The translations under genes were made by a program, and so were the position numbers. From Methanomassiliicoccaceae archaeon (GTDB lineage Archaea; Thermoplasmatota; Thermoplasmata; Methanomassiliicoccales; Methanomassiliicoccaceae), in the NCBI GenBank assembly GCA_963728405.1, contig CAVSJV010000002.1:256001-320000 (forward strand): 64,000 nt of DNA, written 5' to 3'. Every line of letters begins with the position of its first letter. Positions within the stretch are counted from its first letter, which is position 1. The notes under the pieces are model-generated. The model was not told the DNA's origin and searched no databases. It saw nothing but the letters and a program-made list of their open reading frames with translations. Positions 31,858 to 41,818 of this stretch are shown piece after piece.

Positions 31858-33963
31858 CTAGCTGATGGTGTTCCGCAACCGGTCCTTCAGCTCGCCCGTC
31901 TTCCCCTTGTTCCAACCCTTGGTCTTGGAGAAGAAGCCCGTGACGCGGGTGATGCCCTCGATGTCCGAGGAGCCGCAATAGGCGCATGTCTCTCTTAGGC
32001 CGCGGGCGGTCTTGCCGCAGCCGAGGCAAGAGGTGAACTCCGGGCTGAAGCAGATTTGGGCGTTGGAAGTGTTCTGGAAGGTCTTGATCACGAAAGCGGC
32101 GATGCTCTCGGCCGGCGGCTTGGATTCTCCGAGCCACACGTGGGTAAGGGAACCGGCGTCGATGAGCGGATGGAACCTCCCTTCCTGCTTGACCCTTTCG
32201 ATCGCAGATATGTTCGCTCCCACATTGATGTATGTGGAGTTGGTATAGTAGACCTCCCCGGTCGCCTTGTTGCCTCTGATCACAGTAGGGGACTGCAGCG
32301 GGAAGTATTTCATGTCCAGCTTTGCGAACCGATAGGCTGTGGACTCGGCCGGGGTCTGTTCCAGCGGCATCTTGAGCCCGAACTCCTTTCCAATGCGTTC
32401 GGACTCGGTCTTCATGTGGCTGATGACCCGGAGCCCGAACATCATGGCGTCCTTGGACTCGTGCAGCTGCTGGCCGGTGTGGTACTGCACCATCTCGTTC
32501 AGCCCGACCATTCCGACCAGGAAGGACGACTTGTTGATCCGGTAGTATGTCTCACCATCCATGTTCATGGTCAGGAGAGACAGCGGCCCGTTCTTGCCCA
32601 TGTTGAACAATTGGGTGATGAACTCTCTCTTCTGGATATGAGCTTGTGCGACCATCTCCAGCCTCTGCGTGAGCAGCTCGAACAGCTTCGCATCGTTCTG
32701 GTGGGCCTCGTACGCCACCCTGGGTAGGTTGATCGTTACGTTCTGCATCGCTGAGTAACGCATCTTCCAAGGAGTCTTGGCATCGTCCAGGTCGCTCTGC
32801 TCCAGCTTGAAGGACAGGCGGCAGCACTCCGATATCTTGGCGGTGCCGCCCCGGTCGAACACGAAATAGGTGTTACCCTTCTCCGCCGCGACCTGGGAGA
32901 TCTTGTTAAGGAACTCCTCGTGTCCCTCGGTCTTGAAGAACTTCTCGGTCATGTGCACATTGGGCTTGGGGAAGAAGAACGGTCTTCCCATGGCGTCACC
33001 CTCCATGTAGACGTCGAACAGCGCGTTCACGAACCGTTGTGCTTCTGGCAGATAGTCCTCATAGTTCTTGCCGGTGAACTTGCCGTCCGGTCCGATGGCC
33101 GGGACGCCTACGAAATGGTCCGGTATCTCCCAATAGAGGTTGAGGTCGGAGAATATGCTCTGACCGCCTCGTGCCACGGCCTGTTGAGCAAACTCATAGA
33201 TAAGGATCTGGGCGAGCTGCTTCATGCGCTTGTCATCCACACCCACGAGGTAGGGGGCGAGGAACAGGTTGAACGCATCCCACCCGATGGCGCCGGAGAA
33301 GTGCCCCTGCAGGGCCGCCGAGAACTTTATGATCTGTTCGATAAGGACCTCAGGGTGCCGGGCCGGCTTAGCGATCGAAATGGCGTTCGGCAGGTTAAGG
33401 CCGAACCGTTTGACGTACTCTATGCTCTGTCCAGAACAATAGGGCCGGTCGACCATGCCTAGATCGTGCAGGTGTATGTCCCCGCGCATATGGGCGTCGG
33501 CAAGATCCTGAGTGAATACCTCGAGCAGAGCAAACTCCTTCTTTATGTTCTCCGCAAGAGTAAGGTTGGTCGCTTCCGGACCATGGGGAACGTTGGCGTT
33601 CTCCTTGTTAGGCATCATTATTATCTGCCTAGCGTCGTAGAGCGGAACCCCCAGTCTGGTGTGCTGCTTCCGTATCTTAGATAGACCATACTCGACGAGC
33701 TTCGCATTGGTAAGTTCCCTGATCAAGGGGGCAGTTATCACGTCGATCTCGAGCTCGGAGATCATCTTCTCGACCTCTCGGGAGACTATCGCCGCGGCGT
33801 CCTCGCTGATAGTGGTCTCGCGCATCAGGGCATCATATATCTTTGCGCGATCCCACCTCTTGAGCTCCTCATCGGAGGTTCTAACGAATAAGGATAGCTC
33901 GGTCGATTCCTTGTCCGAACATATCTCAGTGGACCTTTGGACTGATTCAGTTGCTTTCATCAT
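31858..33963 (-). CDS. nrdD: Anaerobic (class III) ribonucleoside-triphosphate reductase with ATP cone
   Basis: N-terminal ATP cone; HLHDLG..RPYC; SECCRL finger loop; QTPAESTAYRFAKLD; YYTNS; CxxC..CxxC; glycyl-radical motif TRVTGFF. Confidence 0.97.
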   Translation of the reverse strand: MMKATESVQRSTEICSDKESTELSLFVRTSDEELKRWDRAKIYDALMRETTISEDAAAIVSREVEKMISELEIDVITAPLIRELTNAKLVEYGLSKIRKQHTRLGVPLYDARQIIMMPNKENANVPHGPEATNLTLAENIKKEFALLEVFTQDLADAHMRGDIHLHDLGMVDRPYCSGQSIEYVKRFGLNLPNAISIAKPARHPEVLIEQIIKFSAALQGHFSGAIGWDAFNLFLAPYLVGVDDKRMKQLAQILIYEFAQQAVARGGQSIFSDLNLYWEIPDHFVGVPAIGPDGKFTGKNYEDYLPEAQRFVNALFDVYMEGDAMGRPFFFPKPNVHMTEKFFKTEGHEEFLNKISQVAAEKGNTYFVFDRGGTAKISECCRLSFKLEQSDLDDAKTPWKMRYSAMQNVTINLPRVAYEAHQNDAKLFELLTQRLEMVAQAHIQKREFITQLFNMGKNGPLSLLTMNMDGETYYRINKSSFLVGMVGLNEMVQYHTGQQLHESKDAMMFGLRVISHMKTESERIGKEFGLKMPLEQTPAESTAYRFAKLDMKYFPLQSPTVIRGNKATGEVYYTNSTYINVGANISAIERVKQEGRFHPLIDAGSLTHVWLGESKPPAESIAAFVIKTFQNTSNAQICFSPEFTSCLGCGKTARGLRETCAYCGSSDIEGITRVTGFFSKTKGWNKGKTGELKDRLRNTIS

Positions 33964-34504
33964 ATCACACTTGCCCCATCCAATCTTGCAATAAGAGCAA
34001 AAAGGTCTATCTAGCCCAGGGTTTAAAGGTATTTTTGAACAGGACCTGGTATATGAGAACTACATAAATGTCCGTTACAATCGTTATTGCATACCATGTT
34101 TGTTATCAGATTGATGTGCCAGCATGCCAATGAATCCCGCTAGTCGGTATATTAAGGCGTGTTTAGGGACGTTTACCCATTCCCATTCCCGATAACTGCA
34201 ATCGTTACATGAGGTCAGTTAAGATATGTTAAGTAAGATAAAATAATATCAATTTATATAATCATCGCCAAGTGATCAAAAACATCCATTGAGTAGAGAG
34301 CGACTTCGGATCTACCGGCCGCTCGTACATTTTGGTCTCCTTTCCCACTATTATCGGAGTTTCTCATATGTGGCCCATATGATGTCACCATATGGTCGAT
34401 CAAGCAAGATTAGAAACATCCAGATAACAATTCTAATTAATAATAATTAATAAAGTTCTCCTAAGTTATTTATTTATCATATCTGTTACCATATTGGTTA
34501 CCAC

Positions 34505-35104
34505 ATGTTCAACCCAGATAAAGCGCTGAGGGAAAATATTTTCGACATTTTAAAAAATGACGGAAAATCCATCAGTGCGTTGTCTCGAGAGTTAGAGACA
34601 CGAGGGATTAGTCTTCATCGGCTCATCCTGACGGGTTACCTGAGGGCGCTAACGGATTATAATTACCTCCGAGAGAAGGAGGTTCCACCGGCCAAGGTAT
34701 ATGTTCCCGTCAAAGGCAAGGAAAAGGATGTCTACGAGATTGTCGGCGAATGCTCTCGTAGATTGAGCTCGGGGGCGGAGGCCGACCTGCTAGTCCTGTT
34801 CACATTGGGTCGGTTGTTCCACCGCCCAATATATTTTGAAGAGCTCAAAAGGGCTGGAGTAAGGGACCCTCCTCCTGCCCAGCAGTCGAGCGGCGAGGAA
34901 AGACAGGGGGTCAAGAAGTTTTTGCAGAAGGCGGGATTCAAGGCCCTTGATAGCAATCTCGCTTACACATATGATGACCCGACTATCAGCGAGAAGTTCG
35001 ATGAGTTGTTGATCATGATCTTATGCGAGCTATTGGGATTCTCCAATCTGGTCAGGGAAACAAAACAGACGAAGTTAGATCTATCTTCTCCGAGCAGACC
35101 TTAG
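34505..35104 (+). CDS. Conserved hypothetical protein with N-terminal winged-HTH-like domain
   Basis: IFDILKNDGKSISALSRELE...HRLILTGYLRAL...LREKEVPPAKVY has wHTH topology; divergent from nrdD. Confidence 0.75.
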   Translation: MFNPDKALRENIFDILKNDGKSISALSRELETRGISLHRLILTGYLRALTDYNYLREKEVPPAKVYVPVKGKEKDVYEIVGECSRRLSSGAEADLLVLFTLGRLFHRPIYFEELKRAGVRDPPPAQQSSGEERQGVKKFLQKAGFKALDSNLAYTYDDPTISEKFDELLIMILCELLGFSNLVRETKQTKLDLSSPSRP

Positions 35105-35158
35105 CTGGCTTCAAGGGCGCTGGAGAATATATTTAATCCATCAATCTATTGACTGGTC

Positions 35159-36154
35159 ATGGACCTTCAATCGCTGGCTGATGGTATACGGAAGTATCCG
35201 GGAGTGACCCGGAAGAAGACCATCTCCGAGGTCATCCGTTTCTTCCCACTTATCCCTCAGAGCAACATCCTCGCTGCTTATGGCGACGATGCGGCGGTCA
35301 TTGGGTTCAACGACGATGTTCTCCTGCTGGCGGCCGACGGGATCATGGAATCATTGATGAGGTCCAATCCCTACTACGCTGGATATTTCGCCGTCCTGGT
35401 CAACATCAATGACATCTCGGCGATGGGTGGGATCCCATTGGCCATGGTGGATATAGTGTCGATGAAGGACGAAAAGGTCTGTGCCCAGGTGATGAGGGGC
35501 ATGGGGGCCGCGGTCACAAAGTTCGGCGTGCCCATCGTGGGCGGTCACACTCACCCAGATTGCGCCTATGATGCTATCGATGTGGCCATACTCGGAACTG
35601 CCCGGAAGGATGGGGTGATCTATTCTCATACCGCCCTGGAAGGTGACGACATCATTTTTGCCATGGACCTGGATGGGTTCTTCCCTGGCACTCTCCCTTA
35701 CGCTTGGGACACCACCACCAAGAAGGACGCGGACATCTGCCGCCGTCAGATGCTGATCATGAATGAGATCGGAAAGCGCCATCTGGTCCACTCAGGAAAG
35801 GATATCAGCAACCCGGGGAGCGTCGGGACCTTGGGCATGCTGCTGGAGACCAGCGGAAAGGGCGGGGTCGTGCATTTGGAGAACATACCCCGTCCAAAAG
35901 GTATCGATTTCGCCCAATGGTTGAAGGCATACCAGGGTTGCGGATTCGCCGTGACCTGCGAGTCAAAGAACTCGCCGAAGGTCGTCGACCTGTTCGATTC
36001 GGTAGGTGTCACCGCCGCGGTGGTTGGCAAGGTGGACGGCACACATAAATTGACGATTTCAGAAGGCTCGGAGAGCATGGTGCTGTTCGATCTCGCCGCT
36101 GATAGGATCACTGGCTGCGATCCAACGATGCTTCCCGTCTACGCAAAGAAATGA
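35159..36154 (+). CDS. Methanogenesis marker protein 2 (AIR synthase/SelD-like fold)
   Basis: PGVTRK, GDDAAV, LLAADGI, VLVNINDISAMGG, VPIVGGHTHPD, KDISNPG...GTLGMLLETS. Confidence 0.9.
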   Translation: MDLQSLADGIRKYPGVTRKKTISEVIRFFPLIPQSNILAAYGDDAAVIGFNDDVLLLAADGIMESLMRSNPYYAGYFAVLVNINDISAMGGIPLAMVDIVSMKDEKVCAQVMRGMGAAVTKFGVPIVGGHTHPDCAYDAIDVAILGTARKDGVIYSHTALEGDDIIFAMDLDGFFPGTLPYAWDTTTKKDADICRRQMLIMNEIGKRHLVHSGKDISNPGSVGTLGMLLETSGKGGVVHLENIPRPKGIDFAQWLKAYQGCGFAVTCESKNSPKVVDLFDSVGVTAAVVGKVDGTHKLTISEGSESMVLFDLAADRITGCDPTMLPVYAKK

Positions 36155-36159
36155 GATAA

Positions 36160-36472
36160 GTGCTAGGCCGCGAAGGTTGCCGCTCGGATTAGCGCGAGTG
36201 ATCCAACCAGCTTCTCAGCCCCGCTCCCCTTTGAGCGTCAGTAGTCCACGGTAAGGCTGCTCCCGTCAGGGCCTGACCCGTTCCCCGTGACCAGGGACAA
36301 GCGTGCGACCCTCCGATCGCACCTCCTGTCCGCCTCCGACCCCATAGGACGAGGCCTCATAGTTGTTGGCAGGGCCCGCGCTTTTCCGGTTACGGCGTCC
36401 CCCACTGTCACCCCCGCTGTCGACGTCTGCGGTGTAAAAGGGCGTGCCGAACGTCCCGGTCGAGCCTAGCGC
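36160..36472 (-). ncRNA. ffs: Archaeal signal recognition particle (SRP, 7S) RNA
   Basis: ~313 nt; terminal helix GCGCTAGGC/GCCTAGCAC; helix 6 GCGATC-GGAG-GGTCGC; helix 8 GTCAGG-CCC-TGAC-GGG-AGCAGC; TATA-like element ~25 nt upstream. Confidence 0.93.
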
Positions 36473-36492
36473 TCCTGCTAAGATGGTGTACG

Positions 36493-36504
36493 TATATATC
36501 TTTT
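36493..36504 (-). promoter_or_regulatory. BRE/TATA box of the SRP RNA gene
   Basis: Minus strand AAAAGATATATA, centred ~25 nt upstream of the predicted RNA 5' end. Confidence 0.65.
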
Positions 36505-36632
36505 ACTAGTCTGGATGGTCCGCTGACCACTCCCTTAAAAGCTGCTCTATGCTCTAAGATGATGACCATCGACGGAAGGCCTGGGGGAATTTCTCACAGG
36601 GTAGAAATAGCACCGGGGGATTGTTCTTGACC

Positions 36633-36866
36633 ATGCTCGTTTGCATCACCGCTCCCCCGGACGAACAAACAGCCATCGAGATAGCTGAGAGGTTCCGGAG
36701 GGACGGCTTCTGCCCCTTTGGCGCCAATGGGGTGCACATGGGCTTCGTGAGGTCGGTGAACCAGGGAGAGGGTGGTTTCCTAATCGTGGTCGAGATCAAC
36801 GAGCCCGAGCTAGAAAAATACTTCAATGGGATGAAGGGTGGAAAGCGGTCCGAACCCGAACCTTGA
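36633..36866 (+). CDS. Small hypothetical protein
   Basis: ~77-aa ORF with host-like codon usage. Confidence 0.55.
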   Translation: MLVCITAPPDEQTAIEIAERFRRDGFCPFGANGVHMGFVRSVNQGEGGFLIVVEINEPELEKYFNGMKGGKRSEPEP

Positions 36867-36876
36867 TCTATGATCA

Positions 36877-37158
36877 TTAGAACCGTTTCGGAGTGGTCCT
36901 CTCCCCGCCCCGGGTGCAGTAGTGTAGGTTCCTGAAACCGAACTCGACGTGCACCGGGCACTTAGGACAAATGCACTTCAGCTCACGAGATATGCAGTCC
37001 AGTGACCGACCGTAGAAGCAGAACATCTTTTCGTCCCTTTCCCCGGCACACTCGGTGTAGGATGGGCACTTTGCGCAGTTGCACTTTGACCGCATCGCCG
37101 CGATCTCGGCCTTTCTCTTTTCGGGGGTCATCCGGTTGAGTTCGTCGATGCTACGCAT
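36877..37158 (-). CDS. DUF2769-family Cys-rich protein (paralogue 1)
   Basis: CNCAKCPSYTEC...FC..G.S..CI.....CICPKCPV....HYC..G pattern. Confidence 0.85.
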   Translation of the reverse strand: MRSIDELNRMTPEKRKAEIAAMRSKCNCAKCPSYTECAGERDEKMFCFYGRSLDCISRELKCICPKCPVHVEFGFRNLHYCTRGGERTTPKRF

Positions 37159-37180
37159 AATGATCACAAATCTCTACGGG

Positions 37181-37474
37181 TCACTTCTTCTCTCGCATTT
37201 CCTTCTCTGACCCGACAGTGCAATAGTACATGTTGACCAGGTCGCCCTCGGCCGCAACCGGGCAATCGGGACACACACAACCCATCTCATCCTTGATGCA
37301 CTGAGGGCTCTTGCCCAGGAAACAATACAGGAGCTCCTGCCGGTCACCAGCACACTTATTATAGGTGGGGCAGTCTGGGCAAATGCAATCTCCCTTCAGC
37401 CTAGCTATCTCTTTCTCTTTTGCCTCGCCCTGTTTCATTTCAAGGTCTCTTAGCATCTTCTCGAACGAGTCCAT
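37181..37474 (-). CDS. DUF2769-family Cys-rich protein (paralogue 2)
   Basis: CICPDCPTYNKC...LYC..GKS..CI....GCVCPDCPV....YYC..GSE pattern. Confidence 0.87.
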   Translation of the reverse strand: MDSFEKMLRDLEMKQGEAKEKEIARLKGDCICPDCPTYNKCAGDRQELLYCFLGKSPQCIKDEMGCVCPDCPVAAEGDLVNMYYCTVGSEKEMREKK

Positions 37475-37622
37475 CTGGTCCCCGAAACATATTATGGTTG
37501 CAGATGCTATTAAAATGTCGCCACAGACCGTTTGGTACCCGGGAACGACCAATGGGTCGATGGACGTTAATGCAGGCGGTGATTATTTCCACGAGGGCAG
37601 ATATTTATCGATGGGTGGAGGC

Positions 37623-38507
37623 ATGGTGCAGGAAAAACCGGATTGGCTAAGGATAAAGCCCCCCACCGGGGAGAACTTTAGCAGGATGCGCGAGCTGACC
37701 AGATCGTGCGGCTTGAGGACCGTCTGCGATGCTTCCCACTGCCCTAACATCTCCGACTGCTGGTCCCGCGGCCACGCTACCTTCCTGTTGATGGGTCCAA
37801 GGTGCACCAGGAACTGCGCGTTCTGCGCGATCGAGAACGGTTTACCTGGACCGCTGGACCGGGAGGAGCCGATCATAGTGGCGAGAGCGGTCAGGATGCT
37901 GGGGCTCCATCATGTCGTCATCACCTCGGTTACCCGGGACGATCTGGAGGATCAGGGTGCCGGCCATTTCGCCGAGGTCGTGAAAAGTATCAAGAAAGAG
38001 AGCCCGGGCACCCGGATCGAACTGCTCATCCCCGACATGGGCGCAGCCGAGGAACACCTGTCGGTGGTGCTCGGCTCTCATCCAGACGTCATGGGCCACA
38101 ACATCGAAACGGTGGCCCGGCTTCAAGCATCGGTTCGCGATCGCAGGAGCAACTATCATCGGTCCCTGGAGGTCCTCCGGACGATCAAGAGGATCGGCCC
38201 GGACATGATCACCAAGAGCTCCATCATGCTCGGATTGGGTGAAGGGTATGAAGAGGTGATCGAGACCCTACAGGACCTCCGCTCCGCGGGGGTCGAGGCG
38301 GTCACCATGGGCCAGTACCTCAGACCTAAAAATGGTCGATTAGAGGTAAAGGAGTACGTGCGGCCGGAGGTCTTCGACCGTTTGCGGGCCGAGGCGATGG
38401 ACATGGGTTTCCGCCACGCCGTCGCTGCTCCGTTGGTGCGAAGCTCCTTTAACGCTCACGAACTATTCGATATGAGGGAGGCCAACAATGCTGACCGACG
38501 ACTTTGA
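37623..38507 (+). CDS. lipA: Lipoyl synthase
   Basis: KPDWLR; CDASHCPNISDC (CX4CX5C); CTRNCAFC radical SAM motif; TKSSIMLGLGE; VRSSF; GGAGG RBS before ATG 37623. Confidence 0.96.
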   Translation: MVQEKPDWLRIKPPTGENFSRMRELTRSCGLRTVCDASHCPNISDCWSRGHATFLLMGPRCTRNCAFCAIENGLPGPLDREEPIIVARAVRMLGLHHVVITSVTRDDLEDQGAGHFAEVVKSIKKESPGTRIELLIPDMGAAEEHLSVVLGSHPDVMGHNIETVARLQASVRDRRSNYHRSLEVLRTIKRIGPDMITKSSIMLGLGEGYEEVIETLQDLRSAGVEAVTMGQYLRPKNGRLEVKEYVRPEVFDRLRAEAMDMGFRHAVAAPLVRSSFNAHELFDMREANNADRRL

Positions 38508-39573
38508 TCCGTTGAAAGGGAAGATGCTGCAGGTGTTGGACAAGGGTGGCAAGGTCAACGAGCCGGCCTTGGAGCCAAAGCTGGACCCCGGGGTGCTCAA
38601 GGAGGCATATCGCACCATGGTGCTGGCGAGGACAGTGGACGAGAAGGCGGTCATCCTGCAGCGCCAGGGTCGTATGGGAGCATACCCTCCTAACAGGGGG
38701 CAAGAGGCCGCGTCTCTCGGTCCGGCCATGGCCACGATGAAGGACGACTGGTTCGTGTGGGCCTTCCGGGAACTGGCCGGTCTGTTGTGGAAAGGTCTTC
38801 CAGCGGTAAACTATTATCTCATTTGGATGGGCAACGAGGAAGGGGGTCGTTTCCCACCCGGGGTCAATGCCATCCCGGCGGTGGTGCCAGTGGCCTCCCA
38901 GTTGCCCATCGCGGTGGGCATATCCTACGCCTCGATGTACCGAAAGGAGAATATCGTGACCCTCGGTTTCTGTGGGGACGGCGCGACATCGGAGGGTGAT
39001 TTTCACGAGGCCCTAAATGCCGCGGGAGTGTTCAGGACGCCGACCGTCTTTGTGGTGCAGAACAACCAGTGGGCCATCTCGGTGCCGAGAAGCCGACAGA
39101 CCGCGGCCCCCACCATAGCACAGAAGGCCTGCGCCTACGGGTTCCCCGGCATCCTGGTCGATGGGAACGACCTATTGGCGATGTACATCGCGTCCAAGGA
39201 GGCGGTCGACCGAGCCCGGAACGGGGGCGGCCCCACGTTGATCGAAGCGTACACCTATCGATTAGGCAATCACACCACCTCCGATGACGCCAAGAAGTAT
39301 CGCCAGGATGCCGAACTCAAGGATTGGGAATTAAAGGACCCGCTCATCCGCCTGAGTGCCTACATGATGGGCAAAGGGCTGCTTGATGAGAAAGAGGATG
39401 AGGTCATCTGGAAGAATGCCAGGGACCTCACGGAGCAATATGTGGCCCAGGCCGAGGCGTTTCCCGGTCCGACCATCGATGACACGTTCAAGTATACCTA
39501 CGCCCAGATGCCCCCCGAACTGGAAGGCCAGCTGGAATATCATCGCCGGGAGACCAAAGGGGGTGAGCAGTGA
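38488..39573 (+). CDS. pdhA: 2-oxoacid (pyruvate/branched-chain) dehydrogenase E1 alpha
   Basis: LQRQGR, GQEA, ThDP motif GDGATSEGDFHEALN...QNNQWAIS, YRLGNHTTSDD. Confidence 0.95.
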   Translation: MLTDDFDPLKGKMLQVLDKGGKVNEPALEPKLDPGVLKEAYRTMVLARTVDEKAVILQRQGRMGAYPPNRGQEAASLGPAMATMKDDWFVWAFRELAGLLWKGLPAVNYYLIWMGNEEGGRFPPGVNAIPAVVPVASQLPIAVGISYASMYRKENIVTLGFCGDGATSEGDFHEALNAAGVFRTPTVFVVQNNQWAISVPRSRQTAAPTIAQKACAYGFPGILVDGNDLLAMYIASKEAVDRARNGGGPTLIEAYTYRLGNHTTSDDAKKYRQDAELKDWELKDPLIRLSAYMMGKGLLDEKEDEVIWKNARDLTEQYVAQAEAFPGPTIDDTFKYTYAQMPPELEGQLEYHRRETKGGEQ

Positions 39574-40550
39574 TGGCGATCGTGAACATGGTGGGGGCCC
39601 TCAATTCCGCGTTGGCCAATGAGTTGGAGGCCGATCCCTCGGTCGTGATCCTCGGGGAGGACGTGGGCAAGGACGGCGGCGTGTTCCGGGTGACCGACGG
39701 GCTGTACGGCCGCTTCGGCCCCGAACGGGTGGTGGACACACCCCTAGCCGAGAGTCTTATCGCCGGCATGGCCGTCGGCATGGCCATGAACGGCTTGAGA
39801 CCAGTAGCGGAGATTCAGTTCATGGGCTTCTCATATCTCACACTGAGCATGATGATCTCCCACGCTGCCCGCATGCGCAATCGTTCCCGGGGCCGCTTCA
39901 CCGTCCCGATGGTCATGCGCATGCCCTACGGTGCGGGGGTCAAGGCGTTGGAGCACCACTCCGAGAGTACGGAGGCCCTTTACGTCCAGATCCCCGGGCT
40001 GAAGGTCGTGGTGCCCTCCACTCCGCGTGAGGCTAAGGGCCTTCTTATCGCCTCCATCCGCGACCCCGACCCGGTTATATTCCTGGAACCGACCAGGAGC
40101 TATCGGCTGATGAAGGAGGAGGTGGAAGAAACGGCTTTCACCCTACCCATTGGTAAGGCGCGCCTGGTGCAGGAGGGAACCGACGTCACGGTGGTCGGCT
40201 GGGGGGCCATGATGCCCCTGATCGAAAAGGCCACGGAAGCGGCAGCCGAGGAAGGCGTCAGTTGCGAGGTCATCGATCTTAGAACGCTTTCGCCCATGGA
40301 CAGCAACATGGTTGTTTCTTCGGTCAAGAGGACTGGGCGGTGTGTCATCGTCCAGGAGGCTCCCCAGACCTGCGGTGTGGCTGCAGAGCTGATCGCCCGA
40401 ATCAATGAGAAGGCGCTGCTGTCCCTGGAAGCCCCGGTAGAGAGGGTCACTGCCCCCGATATCACAGTACCTTTGCCAAAAGGCGAGAAATATTATTATA
40501 TAAGTCCAGATAGAATTTACAACGCCGTCAAGAGAGTTGCCTCGTACTAG
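39573..40550 (+). CDS. pdhB: 2-oxoacid dehydrogenase E1 beta
   Basis: GEDVGKDGGVFRVT, DTPLAES, EIQFMGF, EHHSES, EVIDLRTLSP. Confidence 0.95.
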   Translation: MAIVNMVGALNSALANELEADPSVVILGEDVGKDGGVFRVTDGLYGRFGPERVVDTPLAESLIAGMAVGMAMNGLRPVAEIQFMGFSYLTLSMMISHAARMRNRSRGRFTVPMVMRMPYGAGVKALEHHSESTEALYVQIPGLKVVVPSTPREAKGLLIASIRDPDPVIFLEPTRSYRLMKEEVEETAFTLPIGKARLVQEGTDVTVVGWGAMMPLIEKATEAAAEEGVSCEVIDLRTLSPMDSNMVVSSVKRTGRCVIVQEAPQTCGVAAELIARINEKALLSLEAPVERVTAPDITVPLPKGEKYYYISPDRIYNAVKRVASY

Positions 40551-40559
40551 GGTGTTGTG

Positions 40560-41818
40560 ATGGTTAAGGAGTTCAGGTTCCCGGACCTCGGAGAAGGGGT
40601 CACCGAAGGCGAGATCAAGAAATGGCTGGTCAAGGAAGGGGAGGTGGTAAAGAAGGACCAATCGATCGCCGAAGTGGAGACCGATAAGGCCGTGGTAGAG
40701 ATGCCTTCGCCCGTTTCCGGTCGAATGGAGAAGCTCAACTTCCCCGAAGGGGGGCTCGTCCGGGTCGGGGAGGTGCTCGCGGTCATCGCCGAGGAGCCCG
40801 GAGCCGCCCCGGAGCTGCCGGAGAAGGTCAAGGAGTCCGTATCGGTGGTGGGCGAACTGCCGGAGTCCGATGGGACCATCATCAGCTCAAGGCCAACAGC
40901 ACCGGCCATGGGTGCTGGGAAAGGGGTCCAGGCGACCCCCGCCGTTCGCAAGCTGGCCAAGGACATGGACATCGATCTGACGACCGTGACCGGAACTGGA
41001 CCGGGGGGGCGGATAACCGCGGATGACCTGAAGAGACACCCCCTCGTCGCCTCTCGAGGAGAGGAGGGCCTCGCCGGCCGGATTGAAGATGCAGCCGAAG
41101 TTCGACCTGTATGGCTGGATCGACCGTAAACCGGTCCGAGGGATCCGACGATCGACCGCCAAGCACATGGTGGAGGCGCGGAGCAAGCAGGCGCTAGTGA
41201 CGACCACGGAGGTCGCCGACGTGACCGATCTGGTGGCCTTGCGGGAGAAGGTCAAGAAGTATGCGGAGGAGGTCAAAGGGGTCAAGCTGACCTACCTGCC
41301 GTTCATCATTAAGGCGGTGGTGGCCGCTCTTAAGAAGCACCCCTACCTGAACTCTTCCATGGACGAAGAGGCCGAGGATATAGTGTTCAAGAAATACTAT
41401 AACATAGGAATAGCGGTGGCCACCGAAGATGGCCTGATCGTGCCAGTGCTCAAGGCGGCCGATCAAAAGGAGGTATTCTCCCTGGCCCAGGAGATCAAGG
41501 ACCTGGCCGATTCCGCCGCATCGAGGAAGATCGATCTGGCGGATCTCAAGGGAAGGGACGTTCTCCATCACCAACTACGGGATCTTCGGCGGGATATATG
41601 CAACTCCCATTCCCAATTATCCGGAAGGGGCTATACTGGGCTTGGGACGGATCCAGGACGCACCATGGGTGAAGGACGGCGAGGTGTCCATAAGGAAGCT
41701 GCTGTACCTTTCGCTCACCTTTGACCACCGCCTGATGGATGGAGCGCAGGCCGCCACCTTCCTCAACGACCTGAAGATGTTCCTGGAGAATCCGGAGCTA
41801 CCGTTGATGGATCCCTAA
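40560..41818 (+). CDS. pdhC: Dihydrolipoamide acyltransferase E2 (lipoyl, PSBD and catalytic domains); +1 frameshifts at ~41040 and ~41553
   Basis: EVETDKA lipoyl lysine; ATPAVRKLA...GTGPGGRIT PSBD; GTFSITN and SLTFDHRLMDG after the shifts; TAA at 41816-41818. Confidence 0.93.

Noticed and set aside
37365-37622. N-terminal extension of LipA in the ORF track
   Set aside because: Overlaps the opposite-strand DUF2769 gene; an RBS supports ATG 37623.
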